A stretch of DNA of 64,000 nucleotides, from assembly GCA_947056845.1 (NCBI GenBank), contig CAMSCJ010000009.1:554-64553 (forward strand), given 5' to 3'. Shown piece by piece: positions 36,917 to 47,764 of the stretch. Below the pieces are notes generated by a model. That model saw only the letters and a program-made list of their open reading frames with translations. It had not been told where the DNA came from and did not search any database. This DNA comes from an uncultured Mycoplasmatota bacterium. GTDB taxonomy: Bacteria > Bacillota_I > Bacilli_A > RF39 > UBA660. Numbering within the stretch: the first letter of the stretch is position 1; every line of letters starts with the position of its first letter. Made by a program: the position numbers and the translations under genes.

Positions 36917-39202
36917 ATGGCAAAGAAAAAGAAAAGAAAAGAGGATAAAAAGAGTAGTAGTAATTTTAAAATAGAATTTGTTGGAATACTACTTGTTTTG
37001 GGAGCTATTATTGGTTTTGTACCATATAACGGATTTGTTGGGAATTTGATTAAAGCTTTTGCCATTTTTTTATTTGGAGCTTGGTATTGGATTTTTTTAG
37101 TATCAATATTTGCTATTGGTGGATATATGATAATAAAACGTGAAAGTGTTAAGTTTTTTAGTATAAAGTTAATTGGGTTTTATATGATTGTTTTAAGCAT
37201 CTTAGTTTTTGCGCATTCAACCTATATTGAAAAACAATTTTCAAGCGATACAAATTTAGTTTCAAATTTAAATGCAATGGAAGTTATAAAAGAAACGGTT
37301 GATAATTTTATGGCTTCAATTAATGAAATAAGAGAACCTCAAGGTGGGGGAATTATTGGTGCAAGTGTATCGGTTTTATTTTTTAATTTATTTGGTACAC
37401 AGGCAATTTGGATTGTTGTAGTTACGATTGCTTTAGGTGGTTTTGTTTTGTTTACAGGTTTCTCTATTATTGACTTTTTAAAAAATACATCTAATAAGGC
37501 TAAAGAAAAAATGCTTCAAAATAAAGAAAAGCGTGATAAGAAAGAAATTTCAAAGGCCGAGGAAAAATTTGAAAGTGATAATAAGATTGTAGTATCTAGT
37601 GTCGATGAATTAATACATATTAATGATGAAAAAGTTGATGAGATTCAGGATAGACATGAAAAGCCCGATAATAAAATTAATGAAAAATTGTCTTCTATTG
37701 ATGAGGAAATGTCTAATGTTGTAATAAATAGTGATATTTATGAAGAAAATAAGGGATATGTGTTTCCATCATTTAATTTATTAGCAAAACCATCACGAAG
37801 TAAAACAACAGAAAATCAAGAAAGTATTAAACATAATGTACCAATTTTAATTCAAGTTTTAAAAGATTTTGGAATTGAAGGGAAAATAATTGCTGCTAAT
37901 ATTGGACCTTCCGTTACACAATATGAACTTGAAATCAAAGCGGGAACAAAGGTTAGCAAACTACTTGGAATTCATCGAGAAATTGCGTTAGCTTTGGCTG
38001 CTAAAGAAGTTAGAATCCAAGCGCCAATTCCAGGTAAGAGTACAATTGGTATTGAAATTCCTAATAAAAGTATTTCGATGGTTGTTGTAAGAGAAATATT
38101 AGAAAGAGTTCCTAAATCTTTGGATAGTAGTAAATTACTTGTAACACTAGGAAAATCGATTGATAATAATCCTGTATGGTGTGAAATAAATAAAACACCA
38201 CATTTATTAGTAGCTGGTTCGACAGGTAGTGGTAAATCTGTTTGTATTAATAGTATAATTGTCTCAATTTTAATGCGAGCAAAACCAGAAGAAGTAAAGC
38301 TTGTGTTAGTTGATCCTAAAAAAGTAGAATTATCAATGTATAATGGGGTTCCGCATTTATTAGCGCCAGTTGTAACAGATCCCAAAAAAGCTAATGTTGC
38401 TTTAAAAAAGATTGTTGTAGAAATGGAAAGGCGATATGATGCTTTTAGTGAAAGTGGAACTAAAAATATTGCTGGTTATAATACTTATATTGAAAAGAAA
38501 AATGAGACGTTACCTGATGGTGAAAAATTACGTAAGATTCCTTATATTGTGGTAATTATTGATGAACTTGCTGATTTAATGCTTGTAGCTGCTAAAGAAG
38601 TCGAAGATTCAATTATGCGTATTACGCAAATGGCGAGAGCTGCGGGTATTCATTTAATTGTAGCTACGCAAAGGCCATCGACGGATGTCATTACAGGTGT
38701 CGTGAAGGCTAATATTCCATCACGTATATCGTTTGCAGTTTCTAGTAGTATTGATTCACGAACAATTTTGGATATGACAGGAGCTGAAAAATTATTGGGT
38801 AAAGGAGATATGTTGTTTTTACCACAGGGAGAAAACACACCAATTAGAGTACAGGGAACATATATTTCTGAAGAGGAAATTAGTGCAGTTGTCGATCATG
38901 TTATTAAGCAACAAAAAGCACATTATGATGAAACACTCCTAATGGATGATGAGGAAATGCATGCGACAACAAATGTTGAATCTAGTGATGATGCCGATGA
39001 GCCTCTTTATAATGAAATCGTCGAATTTGTTGTAACGCAAGGAAAAGCTAGTGCTTCTTTATTACAGCGAAGATTTCGTCTAGGTTATAATCGAGCTGCA
39101 CGTGTTATAGATTTATTAGAGGAAAGAGGTATAATTGGTCCTAACAATGGTTCTAAACCACGTGAGGTTTTAGTAAAATTAGATAATGGTGATAATGAAT
39201 AA
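36917..39202 (+). CDS. ftsK: DNA translocase FtsK/SpoIIIE
   Basis: N-terminal TM helices, a motor domain with Walker A GSTGSGKS, and a C-terminal gamma winged-helix domain. Confidence 0.9.
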   Translation: MAKKKKRKEDKKSSSNFKIEFVGILLVLGAIIGFVPYNGFVGNLIKAFAIFLFGAWYWIFLVSIFAIGGYMIIKRESVKFFSIKLIGFYMIVLSILVFAHSTYIEKQFSSDTNLVSNLNAMEVIKETVDNFMASINEIREPQGGGIIGASVSVLFFNLFGTQAIWIVVVTIALGGFVLFTGFSIIDFLKNTSNKAKEKMLQNKEKRDKKEISKAEEKFESDNKIVVSSVDELIHINDEKVDEIQDRHEKPDNKINEKLSSIDEEMSNVVINSDIYEENKGYVFPSFNLLAKPSRSKTTENQESIKHNVPILIQVLKDFGIEGKIIAANIGPSVTQYELEIKAGTKVSKLLGIHREIALALAAKEVRIQAPIPGKSTIGIEIPNKSISMVVVREILERVPKSLDSSKLLVTLGKSIDNNPVWCEINKTPHLLVAGSTGSGKSVCINSIIVSILMRAKPEEVKLVLVDPKKVELSMYNGVPHLLAPVVTDPKKANVALKKIVVEMERRYDAFSESGTKNIAGYNTYIEKKNETLPDGEKLRKIPYIVVIIDELADLMLVAAKEVEDSIMRITQMARAAGIHLIVATQRPSTDVITGVVKANIPSRISFAVSSSIDSRTILDMTGAEKLLGKGDMLFLPQGENTPIRVQGTYISEEEISAVVDHVIKQQKAHYDETLLMDDEEMHATTNVESSDDADEPLYNEIVEFVVTQGKASASLLQRRFRLGYNRAARVIDLLEERGIIGPNNGSKPREVLVKLDNGDNE

Positions 39203-39251
39203 TTGACTTTATAATTTAAATATAGTAATATTATGAAAACGGAGGGAAAGA

Positions 39252-41183
39252 ATGGAAAAAAAGAAAAATATTATTTTGCCAATTATAATTTTAGTTGCTA
39301 TAGTAGTGATAGCGATTGTTTTGGTTTTAGTTTTCAAAGGTGGAAAGAGTAGTCAGTTAGGTAGTATTGATAAAAATAAGAGTGTAAGTAAGGCTTTAGA
39401 ATTAATTCCTAATGATTATCAATTGATTGATTGTGTTGATGATTGCAAATATCTTTATGCTTATAAAGGTGAAGATAAACTTACAGGAAAATTTGATTTT
39501 TATAATGAAGTAGGTAAAAAATTAGGTGATTTTGATTTATCTAAGGTTGATCCTAAAATTGCTACAACTTTTAGTATTGAAGATATTGCTGATAGTTATT
39601 TTATTGCTAGTTATTTAGTAGCTGGTGAATTAGATTATAAGTATGTTGTTTATGATATGAAAGGGAAAGTATTGGTAGAAGCTAGCGATGCTGAAAAATT
39701 AACTAATAAGTATTTTAAAGCTGAAAAAGATGACAAGGAATATCTTGTCGATAATAGTGGTAAAACGGTTTATGAAAATATTGAAAATGTTGATGTATAT
39801 AATGAAAAATATATAACTTTTAGAATTAACAAGGTTGATAAAATTGTAGATGAAAATGCTAAAGAAATTTTATCTGGTTATACCATTGCAAAAGTTGTGT
39901 TAGATGAAAATGAGGAAATCGATTATTTAATTATTAGAAATACTGAAGAATCAGTATATAATTATTATAATATTAAAGATAATAGTAAGAAGGGTGATTC
40001 ATTTACTAATTATACAACTGATAAAGATAAGGTTATTATAACTAAAAAGGTTGATTCAAAAAATAAAAAATTTGTTTTAAATTCTAATGGTGAACAGGTA
40101 GAATATGTAGATGTTAAGGAAGATGATATTGATACTGATGCATATTTTGATGTTATTAAAGAAAAAGTAAATCTTGATAAATATGGTATTTTTAAAGCTG
40201 CCTTAAATTCAGAAAATCAAAATTATATTTTAGTGGATATTCCAGGTGAAAATAAATATGGTGTTTTAGATGTTACTAAGGATGAGTTTAAAGAATTAGG
40301 ACATTATAAAGAAAATTCTAATCGTCGTTTAAATTTGAAAAAAATATCAGGTAATGATGATATATCAGGTAATGATGATATTATTTATTCAATTGAGTGT
40401 ACTACTTATAATTGTGATAATAATGTGATGTATATTTACAATTTTAGTAAGAACGAATTATTAATTGAAAGAAATGCTTCAGAAAAGTCACCAATTTATT
40501 CTTATAAATTATATGATAATGGTTATTATGTAATTAGGACATCGACTTCAAAATTTGATGATTCCAATAAATATTTCTTGTATGATAATAAAGGTGAAGA
40601 GTTATTTAATAATAAAAATGATATTAAAATAATTGATAGTAATTTAACTTATTATATGGGAACTCCTAGTGATACTGGTAAAATTAATTTATATAGTTTG
40701 AAAGAAAAAAAGATTATTAATTTAGATTCTGATGATGAGGTTATTAGTGTAACAAGTCAAAAATTCGATGATACTAAATTATATCAATTCGTTAGTGAAG
40801 ATGCTACATATTTGATAAATAACGATGGCGATGTTACTAAGTTAGAAGGCACATATAAAGCAAATGATGGTATTGGTTATTATTTATCCAATGACAATAA
40901 ACTTTCTTATTATAATGTATTTACAAAGGAAACTACTATTTATGAATTAGGCAAAGACGAATCTATAAATGGAAGTACTGGTAATGAGTTAATACCATAT
41001 AGAAATGCGATTTTTGTAAATAATTCATATAACAATAGTTTTAAAGTTATTGGTGTAGATGGTAAAGTATTATTAGAAAAGAAGGATTTACAAATTCATA
41101 GTATTCATAAAAGAGATGATGGAAGCATACTTGTTATGGTTATTGATAAAAATGATAATAAGGGTATGTATATTGTTAGATAA
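39252..41183 (+). CDS. Large N-terminally anchored extracytoplasmic protein (unknown function)
   Basis: A single N-terminal TM helix and an Asp/Lys/Asn-rich beta-type sequence. Contains an in-frame 18-bp tandem duplication. Confidence 0.55.
   Translation: MEKKKNIILPIIILVAIVVIAIVLVLVFKGGKSSQLGSIDKNKSVSKALELIPNDYQLIDCVDDCKYLYAYKGEDKLTGKFDFYNEVGKKLGDFDLSKVDPKIATTFSIEDIADSYFIASYLVAGELDYKYVVYDMKGKVLVEASDAEKLTNKYFKAEKDDKEYLVDNSGKTVYENIENVDVYNEKYITFRINKVDKIVDENAKEILSGYTIAKVVLDENEEIDYLIIRNTEESVYNYYNIKDNSKKGDSFTNYTTDKDKVIITKKVDSKNKKFVLNSNGEQVEYVDVKEDDIDTDAYFDVIKEKVNLDKYGIFKAALNSENQNYILVDIPGENKYGVLDVTKDEFKELGHYKENSNRRLNLKKISGNDDISGNDDIIYSIECTTYNCDNNVMYIYNFSKNELLIERNASEKSPIYSYKLYDNGYYVIRTSTSKFDDSNKYFLYDNKGEELFNNKNDIKIIDSNLTYYMGTPSDTGKINLYSLKEKKIINLDSDDEVISVTSQKFDDTKLYQFVSEDATYLINNDGDVTKLEGTYKANDGIGYYLSNDNKLSYYNVFTKETTIYELGKDESINGSTGNELIPYRNAIFVNNSYNNSFKVIGVDGKVLLEKKDLQIHSIHKRDDGSILVMVIDKNDNKGMYIVR
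40346..40381 (+). repeat. Perfect 18-bp tandem duplication (ATCAGGTAATGATGATAT x2), in frame, encoding ISGNDD-ISGNDD
   Basis: Two adjacent identical 18-mers. Confidence 0.8.
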
Positions 41184-41191
41184 AACCGATA

Positions 41192-41226
41192 AAATAGAAT
41201 TGTAAAGCAATTCTATTTTCTTTTAT
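41192..41226 (+). terminator. Rho-independent terminator (AAATAGAATTG-taaag-CAATTCTATTT plus T-run)
   Basis: 11-bp stem followed by a T-rich tail. Confidence 0.6.
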
Positions 41227-41288
41227 TTTAGATTGATTTAAGATGCTTGTTTTGGTATAATGAATACTAGTTGATAGGAGCGTTGCAA

Positions 41289-42608
41289 ATGAAAAAAAGA
41301 GTACTTAATAAACAAAAATTATTTATTTTTATAAGTATAATTTTTATAAGTTTTTGTATCTTATTTTATGGATTTAGGTTTATATATTATTATCGTAAAT
41401 TTCATAAAAAAACCGATAATGGCCAATTAATTCAGTTATTATCAGCAACTGTTAGAAGCAACAATGAACCAGTAACAAGTGGGGATGGCTTGTATAGCGT
41501 TGGTAGTGAATTTATATTCAAGGGTAAAAATGTTAATAATTATTTAATGTATTCTGGTTTATTATGGCGAATTGTTAAAATTAACAATGATGGTTCAATC
41601 AATTTAGTTACTGATAAAAGTATGAATGAGTTTATGTGGGGCTCAACAGGGTCTAATTATAATAATAGCGAAGTAAGGAAATGGTTGAGCGAGCTTGGAA
41701 GCGATACAGGTATATTTTATCGGAATCTGTATAATCCAGAAACTTATTTAAAAACAAATATGTTATGTTTAGATACAGTTTCAAATATATCTAGTTTTAA
41801 ATGCGATAAAAAGTTAACGGATGATTATGTTGGTCTTCTTAGTGTTATCGATTATACTAGCAGTATTGTTGATGAGAATACGTATTTAAATATAAATGAT
41901 GAATATTGGCTTTCAACGATGGTTGATAGCAGTAACGCTTGGTTTGTTGATTGTGATAAAGTTTCTAAAACAAAAATAACAGATTCGTATGGAATTAGAC
42001 CAACAATAACGCTTAATGAAATGGTTTCTTACGAAAGTGGTGATGGTACAATCAGTAATCCTTATAAAATTGGTTATAATGATGGCTTAGTATTAGGTAG
42101 TCATGTTAAATTAGGAAATGATATTTGGATTGTTTATGAAATCAATAATGATAATATTCGTTTGGCTTTATCTAATTATGTTGATAATGGAAAAGCTACT
42201 TATAAATTTGGTAGTAGTAATACTTATTCGGTAACTACAACAGGAAATCTAGGATATTATTTAAATAATAATCTTTATGGAAATTTACCATATAAAGATT
42301 TGATTATTAATAATGAGTGGTATATAGGTTCATATAAAGATGATTTTACAGATATTTATAAAGATAAAATAACAGCTAAAATAGGATTATATAATATAGC
42401 TGATATTAAGCTAAATAATGAGACAAAAAATTACTATTTACTTACTGGTGGTAGTGATAATAAAGTGTTTGCTTTTGATATGAGTGGTTATTTGTTTGAG
42501 TCTGGCACAACCCAAAATCGTCTTATAAAGCCGGCTATTACTATTAGAAAAAGTAAAATAGTTAGTGGGGATGGAACATTAAGTGACCCATATATATTGG
42601 AGGGATAA
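41289..42608 (+). CDS. N-terminally anchored protein with repeated SGDGT(I/L)S(N/D)PY motif (unknown function)
   Basis: TAGGAG SD before the ATG at 41289. One TM helix. Two copies of a GDGTxSxPY motif. Confidence 0.55.
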   Translation: MKKRVLNKQKLFIFISIIFISFCILFYGFRFIYYYRKFHKKTDNGQLIQLLSATVRSNNEPVTSGDGLYSVGSEFIFKGKNVNNYLMYSGLLWRIVKINNDGSINLVTDKSMNEFMWGSTGSNYNNSEVRKWLSELGSDTGIFYRNLYNPETYLKTNMLCLDTVSNISSFKCDKKLTDDYVGLLSVIDYTSSIVDENTYLNINDEYWLSTMVDSSNAWFVDCDKVSKTKITDSYGIRPTITLNEMVSYESGDGTISNPYKIGYNDGLVLGSHVKLGNDIWIVYEINNDNIRLALSNYVDNGKATYKFGSSNTYSVTTTGNLGYYLNNNLYGNLPYKDLIINNEWYIGSYKDDFTDIYKDKITAKIGLYNIADIKLNNETKNYYLLTGGSDNKVFAFDMSGYLFESGTTQNRLIKPAITIRKSKIVSGDGTLSDPYILEG

Positions 42609-42609
42609 A

Positions 42610-43653
42610 ATGAACGAAAATAATAATATAAAACCTAAAAAGAATAAAAAAATCTATAAATTAACAATAGTTTTTGCTCTTTTAGATTTATGCGCGATTG
42701 CGTGCTTTATTGCTGTATATTTTACTCCTTTAAAGAGTTTAGTTATTACAACGGCTTTAAATACAATGACTCATAAGTATTTAGCTAATGTATTTTATAG
42801 TGATAAAATGATTCAGGAAGTCCGTAATTCTAATTATTCTATTCCTGTTAATGAAAATGTGGATTTAGATCAAATCGTTATTGATACGTCGATTAAAACG
42901 CGATATGATTCACCAGAAGAGGAACAAATTTTAAAACGTGATCCAGGTAATGATGATTATAAAATTATTGATGTTGAGATTGGCAATAATAAGGGCTATT
43001 TAGTTGCGATATATGATCCATCCCGAGTGCATTTAATAACCAAAGAAGTTTTGGGAACAAAATTGGGTGAAAGAACAATTGATATGTGTAAACGATATAA
43101 CGGGTTAGTTTGTATTAATGGTGGTGGATTTTTAGAAGAAGATGGCTGGGGAATTGGTTCACCAATGGGTTATGTTGTTAATAATGGTGAAATTATTTGG
43201 TCATCTGGTTATAATCCTAATGCACAATTAATTGCGATGACAAATGATAATAAATTATTATTGACAATTGATTCAGCCGAAAATGCTATCGCTAATAGTA
43301 ATGTTCGTGACGCATTAGAATTTGGACCATTTTTAATTGTTAATGGTACACCAATGACAACTGTTGGCGATGGTGGTTATGGAAGATCTCCTCGTGTAGC
43401 TATTGCGCAAAGAAAAGATGGAATTATTTTATTCTTAGTTGTTGACGGAAGTGCATTATATGTTGATGGTGCCAAGATATCAGAAATGATTGATTTATTG
43501 ATGCGTTATGGGGCTCATAATGCAGCTAATTTAGATGGAGGTAATTCTTCAACTTTAATTGTTAATGGAGAAACATATAATAAATTGATGCCAAACGCTG
43601 CTAGAACAGGTGGTAGGTATGTTGTTAATGGCTGGGGATTACTACCAAAATAG
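42610..43653 (+). CDS. Phosphodiester glycosidase family protein (DUF2233/NAGPA-like), membrane anchored
   Basis: Motifs CINGGGF and NLDGGNSS. GGAGGG SD. The ATG directly follows the upstream stop. Confidence 0.65.
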   Translation: MNENNNIKPKKNKKIYKLTIVFALLDLCAIACFIAVYFTPLKSLVITTALNTMTHKYLANVFYSDKMIQEVRNSNYSIPVNENVDLDQIVIDTSIKTRYDSPEEEQILKRDPGNDDYKIIDVEIGNNKGYLVAIYDPSRVHLITKEVLGTKLGERTIDMCKRYNGLVCINGGGFLEEDGWGIGSPMGYVVNNGEIIWSSGYNPNAQLIAMTNDNKLLLTIDSAENAIANSNVRDALEFGPFLIVNGTPMTTVGDGGYGRSPRVAIAQRKDGIILFLVVDGSALYVDGAKISEMIDLLMRYGAHNAANLDGGNSSTLIVNGETYNKLMPNAARTGGRYVVNGWGLLPK

Positions 43654-43663
43654 GAAGTTTTTT

Positions 43664-43695
43664 AAAAAAAGTTATATTTTTTATAACTTTTTTTC
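43664..43695 (+). terminator. Rho-independent terminator (AAGTTATA-ttttt-TATAACTT plus T-run)
   Basis: Hairpin flanked by an A-run and a T-run. Confidence 0.55.
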
Positions 43696-43754
43696 ATAAA
43701 AAAAAGGATTTTTAAAACTTTTGTTGTATATTTATATATAGGGAGTGTGGATAT

Positions 43755-45521
43755 ATGCTTACAAATGAACAAATCAATAATATTAGAAGTAGTGTTAATA
43801 TTGTAGATATTGTGTCTAGCTATATTCCACTAACTAAGAAAGGGAAAAATTATTTTGGTGTTTGTCCGTTTCATCCCGATAGTGATCCAAGTTTTTGTGT
43901 ATCAGAACAAAAACAAATATACACTTGTTTTTCTTGTAAAGCTACTGGTAATGTTTTGCATTTTATTATGAATTATGAAAATATTAGTTTTATGGATGCA
44001 TTAAAAATAATTGCTAATAAAGCAAATATTGATATAAGTATAGGCGATACTTCAAAGTATTTGCCAGATAAAAATAAAAAATTATTTGAAATTTATGATG
44101 TTGCAAGTAAATTTTATCAAAATAATATTAATACTGTAAATGGCGGTAAAGCTAGAGATTATTTACATAATAGAGGTTTTGATGATGAAATTATTAAGGA
44201 GTTTATGATTGGTCTTTCATTAACTAATCATGATTTATTAACAAAAATTTTAATTAATAGTAAAAATTCTTATGAGGATATGATAAAAAGCGGTTTAGTT
44301 GTTAAAAATAATTATGGTTATAGTGATATTTATAATAACCGTATTATGTTCCCAATTTGGGATGTTACAGGTAAGGTTGTTGGGTTTAGCGGAAGGATTT
44401 TTAATGGTGAGGATACTAATAAGTATGCAAAATATATTAATACTAAAGAGACGCCTATTTTTAAAAAAGGTGAACTTTTATATAATTATCATCGAGCTAA
44501 GAATGCATGTCGTCAAAAAAATTTTACGGTTATAGTTGAAGGGCAACTTGATTTAATTAGAGTATATAGTATAGGTCTATTCAATATTGTGGCAACAATG
44601 GGAACTGCTTTTACAAAAGAACATGCCATGCTAGTAAAAAGACTAGCTAGAGATGTTGTAATATGTTTTGATGGTGATGGGGCAGGAGAGAAAGCTACTT
44701 TAGCTTGTGGAAATGAGCTTGAAAATTTAGGAATTACTCCTAAAATTGTCCGTTTAGAGGATTCATTAGATCCTGATGAATATATAAGAAAATATGGGAA
44801 GAATAGATTTTTAGAAAAGATAGATAATCCTATAAGCTTTATGGATTTTAAATTATCATTTTATAAAAATAATAAGAATTTAAATGATAATAATGATGTT
44901 GCTAATTATGTTAATACAATTGTTAATGAATTATCTAGAATTGATGATGATGTCTTAAAAGAGCTAACTTTAAAAAAACTTAGTTTAGAATCAAAATTAG
45001 ATATTGAATTTTTACGAAATAGTTTGAATAATAAAAAAGTAGTGAAAAAAGATATTAAAATAGTTACGAATCCTGTTCGGGAAAATAAATATGAGCTTGC
45101 TACTAAATATTTAATTTATTATATGCTAAAAGATAAAAAGGCTATAAAAATATATAATAATTCTAAAGTTTTTATTCCAAATGAAAAATATCGTCTTTTG
45201 GCTAAGGAAATTAGTTGTTTTTACTTAAATAATGGTTTTATTAAGGTAGCTGATTTGATGAATTCATTTGTTAATGATGATGATATTATTAAATTAATTG
45301 GTGAAATTGAAAAACTTGAGTTAAGTGATGATTATGATATAAAAAAAATAAACGATTGTATTAATGTTTTAAAACAGTATACAGTTAATTATGAAACAAA
45401 AAATTTAGATCAAAAGTTACATAATACTGATAGTTATGATGAAAAAATTGCGTTAGCACAAAGATTATTGGATTTAAAAAAGGAACAAAGTAAAGTTATG
45501 GAGGAAAAAAAGTATGAATGA
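43755..45521 (+). CDS. dnaG: DNA primase DnaG
   Basis: CHC2 zinc finger ([11 protein letters not shown]...CFSC) and a TOPRIM domain. Confidence 0.9.
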   Translation: MLTNEQINNIRSSVNIVDIVSSYIPLTKKGKNYFGVCPFHPDSDPSFCVSEQKQIYTCFSCKATGNVLHFIMNYENISFMDALKIIANKANIDISIGDTSKYLPDKNKKLFEIYDVASKFYQNNINTVNGGKARDYLHNRGFDDEIIKEFMIGLSLTNHDLLTKILINSKNSYEDMIKSGLVVKNNYGYSDIYNNRIMFPIWDVTGKVVGFSGRIFNGEDTNKYAKYINTKETPIFKKGELLYNYHRAKNACRQKNFTVIVEGQLDLIRVYSIGLFNIVATMGTAFTKEHAMLVKRLARDVVICFDGDGAGEKATLACGNELENLGITPKIVRLEDSLDPDEYIRKYGKNRFLEKIDNPISFMDFKLSFYKNNKNLNDNNDVANYVNTIVNELSRIDDDVLKELTLKKLSLESKLDIEFLRNSLNNKKVVKKDIKIVTNPVRENKYELATKYLIYYMLKDKKAIKIYNNSKVFIPNEKYRLLAKEISCFYLNNGFIKVADLMNSFVNDDDIIKLIGEIEKLELSDDYDIKKINDCINVLKQYTVNYETKNLDQKLHNTDSYDEKIALAQRLLDLKKEQSKVMEEKKYE

Positions 45522-46593
45522 AATTAAAACATTTGAGGAAAGAAAAAATATACTTGTAAAAAATGGTAAGGAAAAAGGGTTTATTACTTATGAGGAATTA
45601 GCCAATGCACTAAAGGGGTTGGATTTGGATTCTGATTCTTTAGATGAATTATATAATTTATTTAATGAAAATAATATTGCAATAGTATCAGAGGATGATG
45701 ATGAATCTAGTGGTGGAGTTGATAAATTATTATTAGATGATAATGATATTACTAAGGATTTAACCATTAATGATCCTGTTAGAATGTATTTAAAAGAGAT
45801 TGGGCAAATTAAGTTATTAACAATGGATGAAGAATTAAAATTGGCAGATCGCATTTTGGCTGGTGATGAGTCAGCTAAATCAACTTTAGCAGAGGCTAAT
45901 TTACGTTTAGTTGTTAGTATTGCTAAAAGATATGTCGGAAGAGGAATGCTATTTCTTGATTTAATCCAAGAAGGTAATATTGGGCTTATGAAAGCTGTTG
46001 AAAAATTTGATGTTTCGAAAGGATATAAATTTTCAACTTATGCGACTTGGTGGATTAGACAAGCTATCACTCGAGCTATTGCTGATCAGGCTAGAACGAT
46101 TAGGGTACCTGTTCATATGGTTGAAACAATTAATAAGTTAGCTCGTGTTCAAAGACAATTAACATTGGAACTTAATCGAGAGCCAAGTGAAGAGGAATTA
46201 GCTAAAAAGATGAATATTTCGATTGATAAAATCCGTGATATTTATAAAATTTCTCAGGAACCTGTTAGTTTAGAAACGCCAATTGGCGAAGAGGATGATT
46301 CACATTTAGGCGATTTCATTAAGGATGAGAGAAATATGAGTCCTGAGGAATATGCCGAGAATGAATTATTAAAAGATGAAATTTCTGAAGTATTATTAAC
46401 TTTGACAGAACGTGAAGAGAAAGTTATTCGTTTAAGATTTGGCCTTGAAGATGGGAAGTCTCGTACATTAGAAGAAGTTGGGCAAATGTTTGGGGTTACA
46501 CGTGAAAGAATCCGTCAAATAGAAGCTAAGGCGTTAAGAAAATTACGTCATCCTTCACGTTCACGAAAATTAAAAGATTATACGAGTGATTAA
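45514..46593 (+). CDS. sigA: RNA polymerase sigma factor SigA (RpoD)
   Basis: Regions 1.2 to 4 are conserved ([10 protein letters not shown], region 4 [20 protein letters not shown]). Sits in the dnaG-sigA operon. Confidence 0.95.
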   Translation: MNEIKTFEERKNILVKNGKEKGFITYEELANALKGLDLDSDSLDELYNLFNENNIAIVSEDDDESSGGVDKLLLDDNDITKDLTINDPVRMYLKEIGQIKLLTMDEELKLADRILAGDESAKSTLAEANLRLVVSIAKRYVGRGMLFLDLIQEGNIGLMKAVEKFDVSKGYKFSTYATWWIRQAITRAIADQARTIRVPVHMVETINKLARVQRQLTLELNREPSEEELAKKMNISIDKIRDIYKISQEPVSLETPIGEEDDSHLGDFIKDERNMSPEEYAENELLKDEISEVLLTLTEREEKVIRLRFGLEDGKSRTLEEVGQMFGVTRERIRQIEAKALRKLRHPSRSRKLKDYTSD

Positions 46594-47257
46594 ATTGGAA
46601 TTATCAAAAAGATTAAAGTTTATTGCTGATATGATTGAGGTTGGTAGTACTGTATTTGATGTAGGTTGTGATCATGGTTTATTAGATATTTATTTAACTA
46701 AAAATAAGGATTGTCATTGTATAGCTAGTGATATTAGCTTAAATGTTTTAAAAAACACAACTATGAATATTAATAAAAATGGGTTAGAAGATAAAATTAA
46801 AATTGTTCATAGTGCTGGTCTTGCCAATCTTGAAATTGCAAATGGTGATATTGTAGTTGTATCGGGTATGGGTACAAAAACAATTTTGAATATTTTAGAT
46901 TGTGATAAGGTATTAAAAATTACTAATTTAATAATTCAATCTAATAATGAGATAGAATTATTGAGGGAAATGGTTATTAAAAAAGGTTTTTATATTTTTA
47001 ATGAATGTATAGTGGAGGACCATAATAAGGATTATGTTATCATTTATTTTAAACGAGGCTTTAAACAGTATAGAAAAGTGGATTATTTGTTTGGACCAAT
47101 TGCTAGAAAAGACATCATATATAGTGAATATTATAATTCCCTTTATAAAAAAAATCTAAAAATAATGAAAAATATTCCTAAAAAATATATTATAAAAAAA
47201 TTTCGTTATTATGTTTATTTGCATAAAATAAAAAAATTCACAAGTATGAACTCTTAA
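46586..47257 (+). CDS. trmK: tRNA (adenine22-N1)-methyltransferase TrmK (YqfN-like)
   Basis: Begins [17 protein letters not shown] and carries a [12 protein letters not shown] motif. Occupies the conserved position after sigA. GTG start. Confidence 0.75.
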   Translation: MIKLELSKRLKFIADMIEVGSTVFDVGCDHGLLDIYLTKNKDCHCIASDISLNVLKNTTMNINKNGLEDKIKIVHSAGLANLEIANGDIVVVSGMGTKTILNILDCDKVLKITNLIIQSNNEIELLREMVIKKGFYIFNECIVEDHNKDYVIIYFKRGFKQYRKVDYLFGPIARKDIIYSEYYNSLYKKNLKIMKNIPKKYIIKKFRYYVYLHKIKKFTSMNS

Positions 47258-47275
47258 TCTACTTGTGAATTTTTT
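47236..47275. terminator. Bidirectional terminator between convergent genes (ATTCACAAGTA-loop-TACTTGTGAAT)
   Basis: 11-bp stem flanked by an A6 run and a T5 run. The hairpin includes the trmK stop codon. Confidence 0.6.
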
Positions 47276-47639
47276 AAATAAAGAATGTTGGACCATTATT
47301 AGTGTCAATCTGCTTATTATCTATACTTGTGTTGTCAATATTTTGTGGCTGATTATTTTGAATATTAGTATTAGTTTGATTATTATTTGTTACTGGTGTA
47401 TCAACTTTTTTAAATTCATTCATAATTTTAAACATTGTTTTGGCATTATTTACAATTGGCGATACTTGCTTTACCATGGGAATTGCTTGATTGACAATTC
47501 CTAACGTTTTTTGGACATTTGATAATAGACCAGACCAATTAAAACTTTTAACACCACCGAAAATGCTACTTAATATTCCTTTACTAGCAGGAGCAGCCGT
47601 GTATGGTGCATAACTAAAATAAGGTGAATAATAGTTCAT
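47274..47639 (-). CDS. Hypothetical Tyr/Asn/Gln-rich small protein
   Basis: GGGAG SD. The sequence is low-complexity (YSPYFSYAPY...NNQTNTNIQNNQPQN). Confidence 0.5.
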   Translation of the reverse strand: MNYYSPYFSYAPYTAAPASKGILSSIFGGVKSFNWSGLLSNVQKTLGIVNQAIPMVKQVSPIVNNAKTMFKIMNEFKKVDTPVTNNNQTNTNIQNNQPQNIDNTSIDNKQIDTNNGPTFFI

Positions 47640-47764
47640 GATAAATACTCCCTTCTAATTTATTATATGAAATAATAAAAAAATGTTTTACAATTTATAC
47701 ATTTATGGTATAATTTATGGTAGAATAAATAGTGGCATAGAATAAAGGATATTGGTGATGTGTG

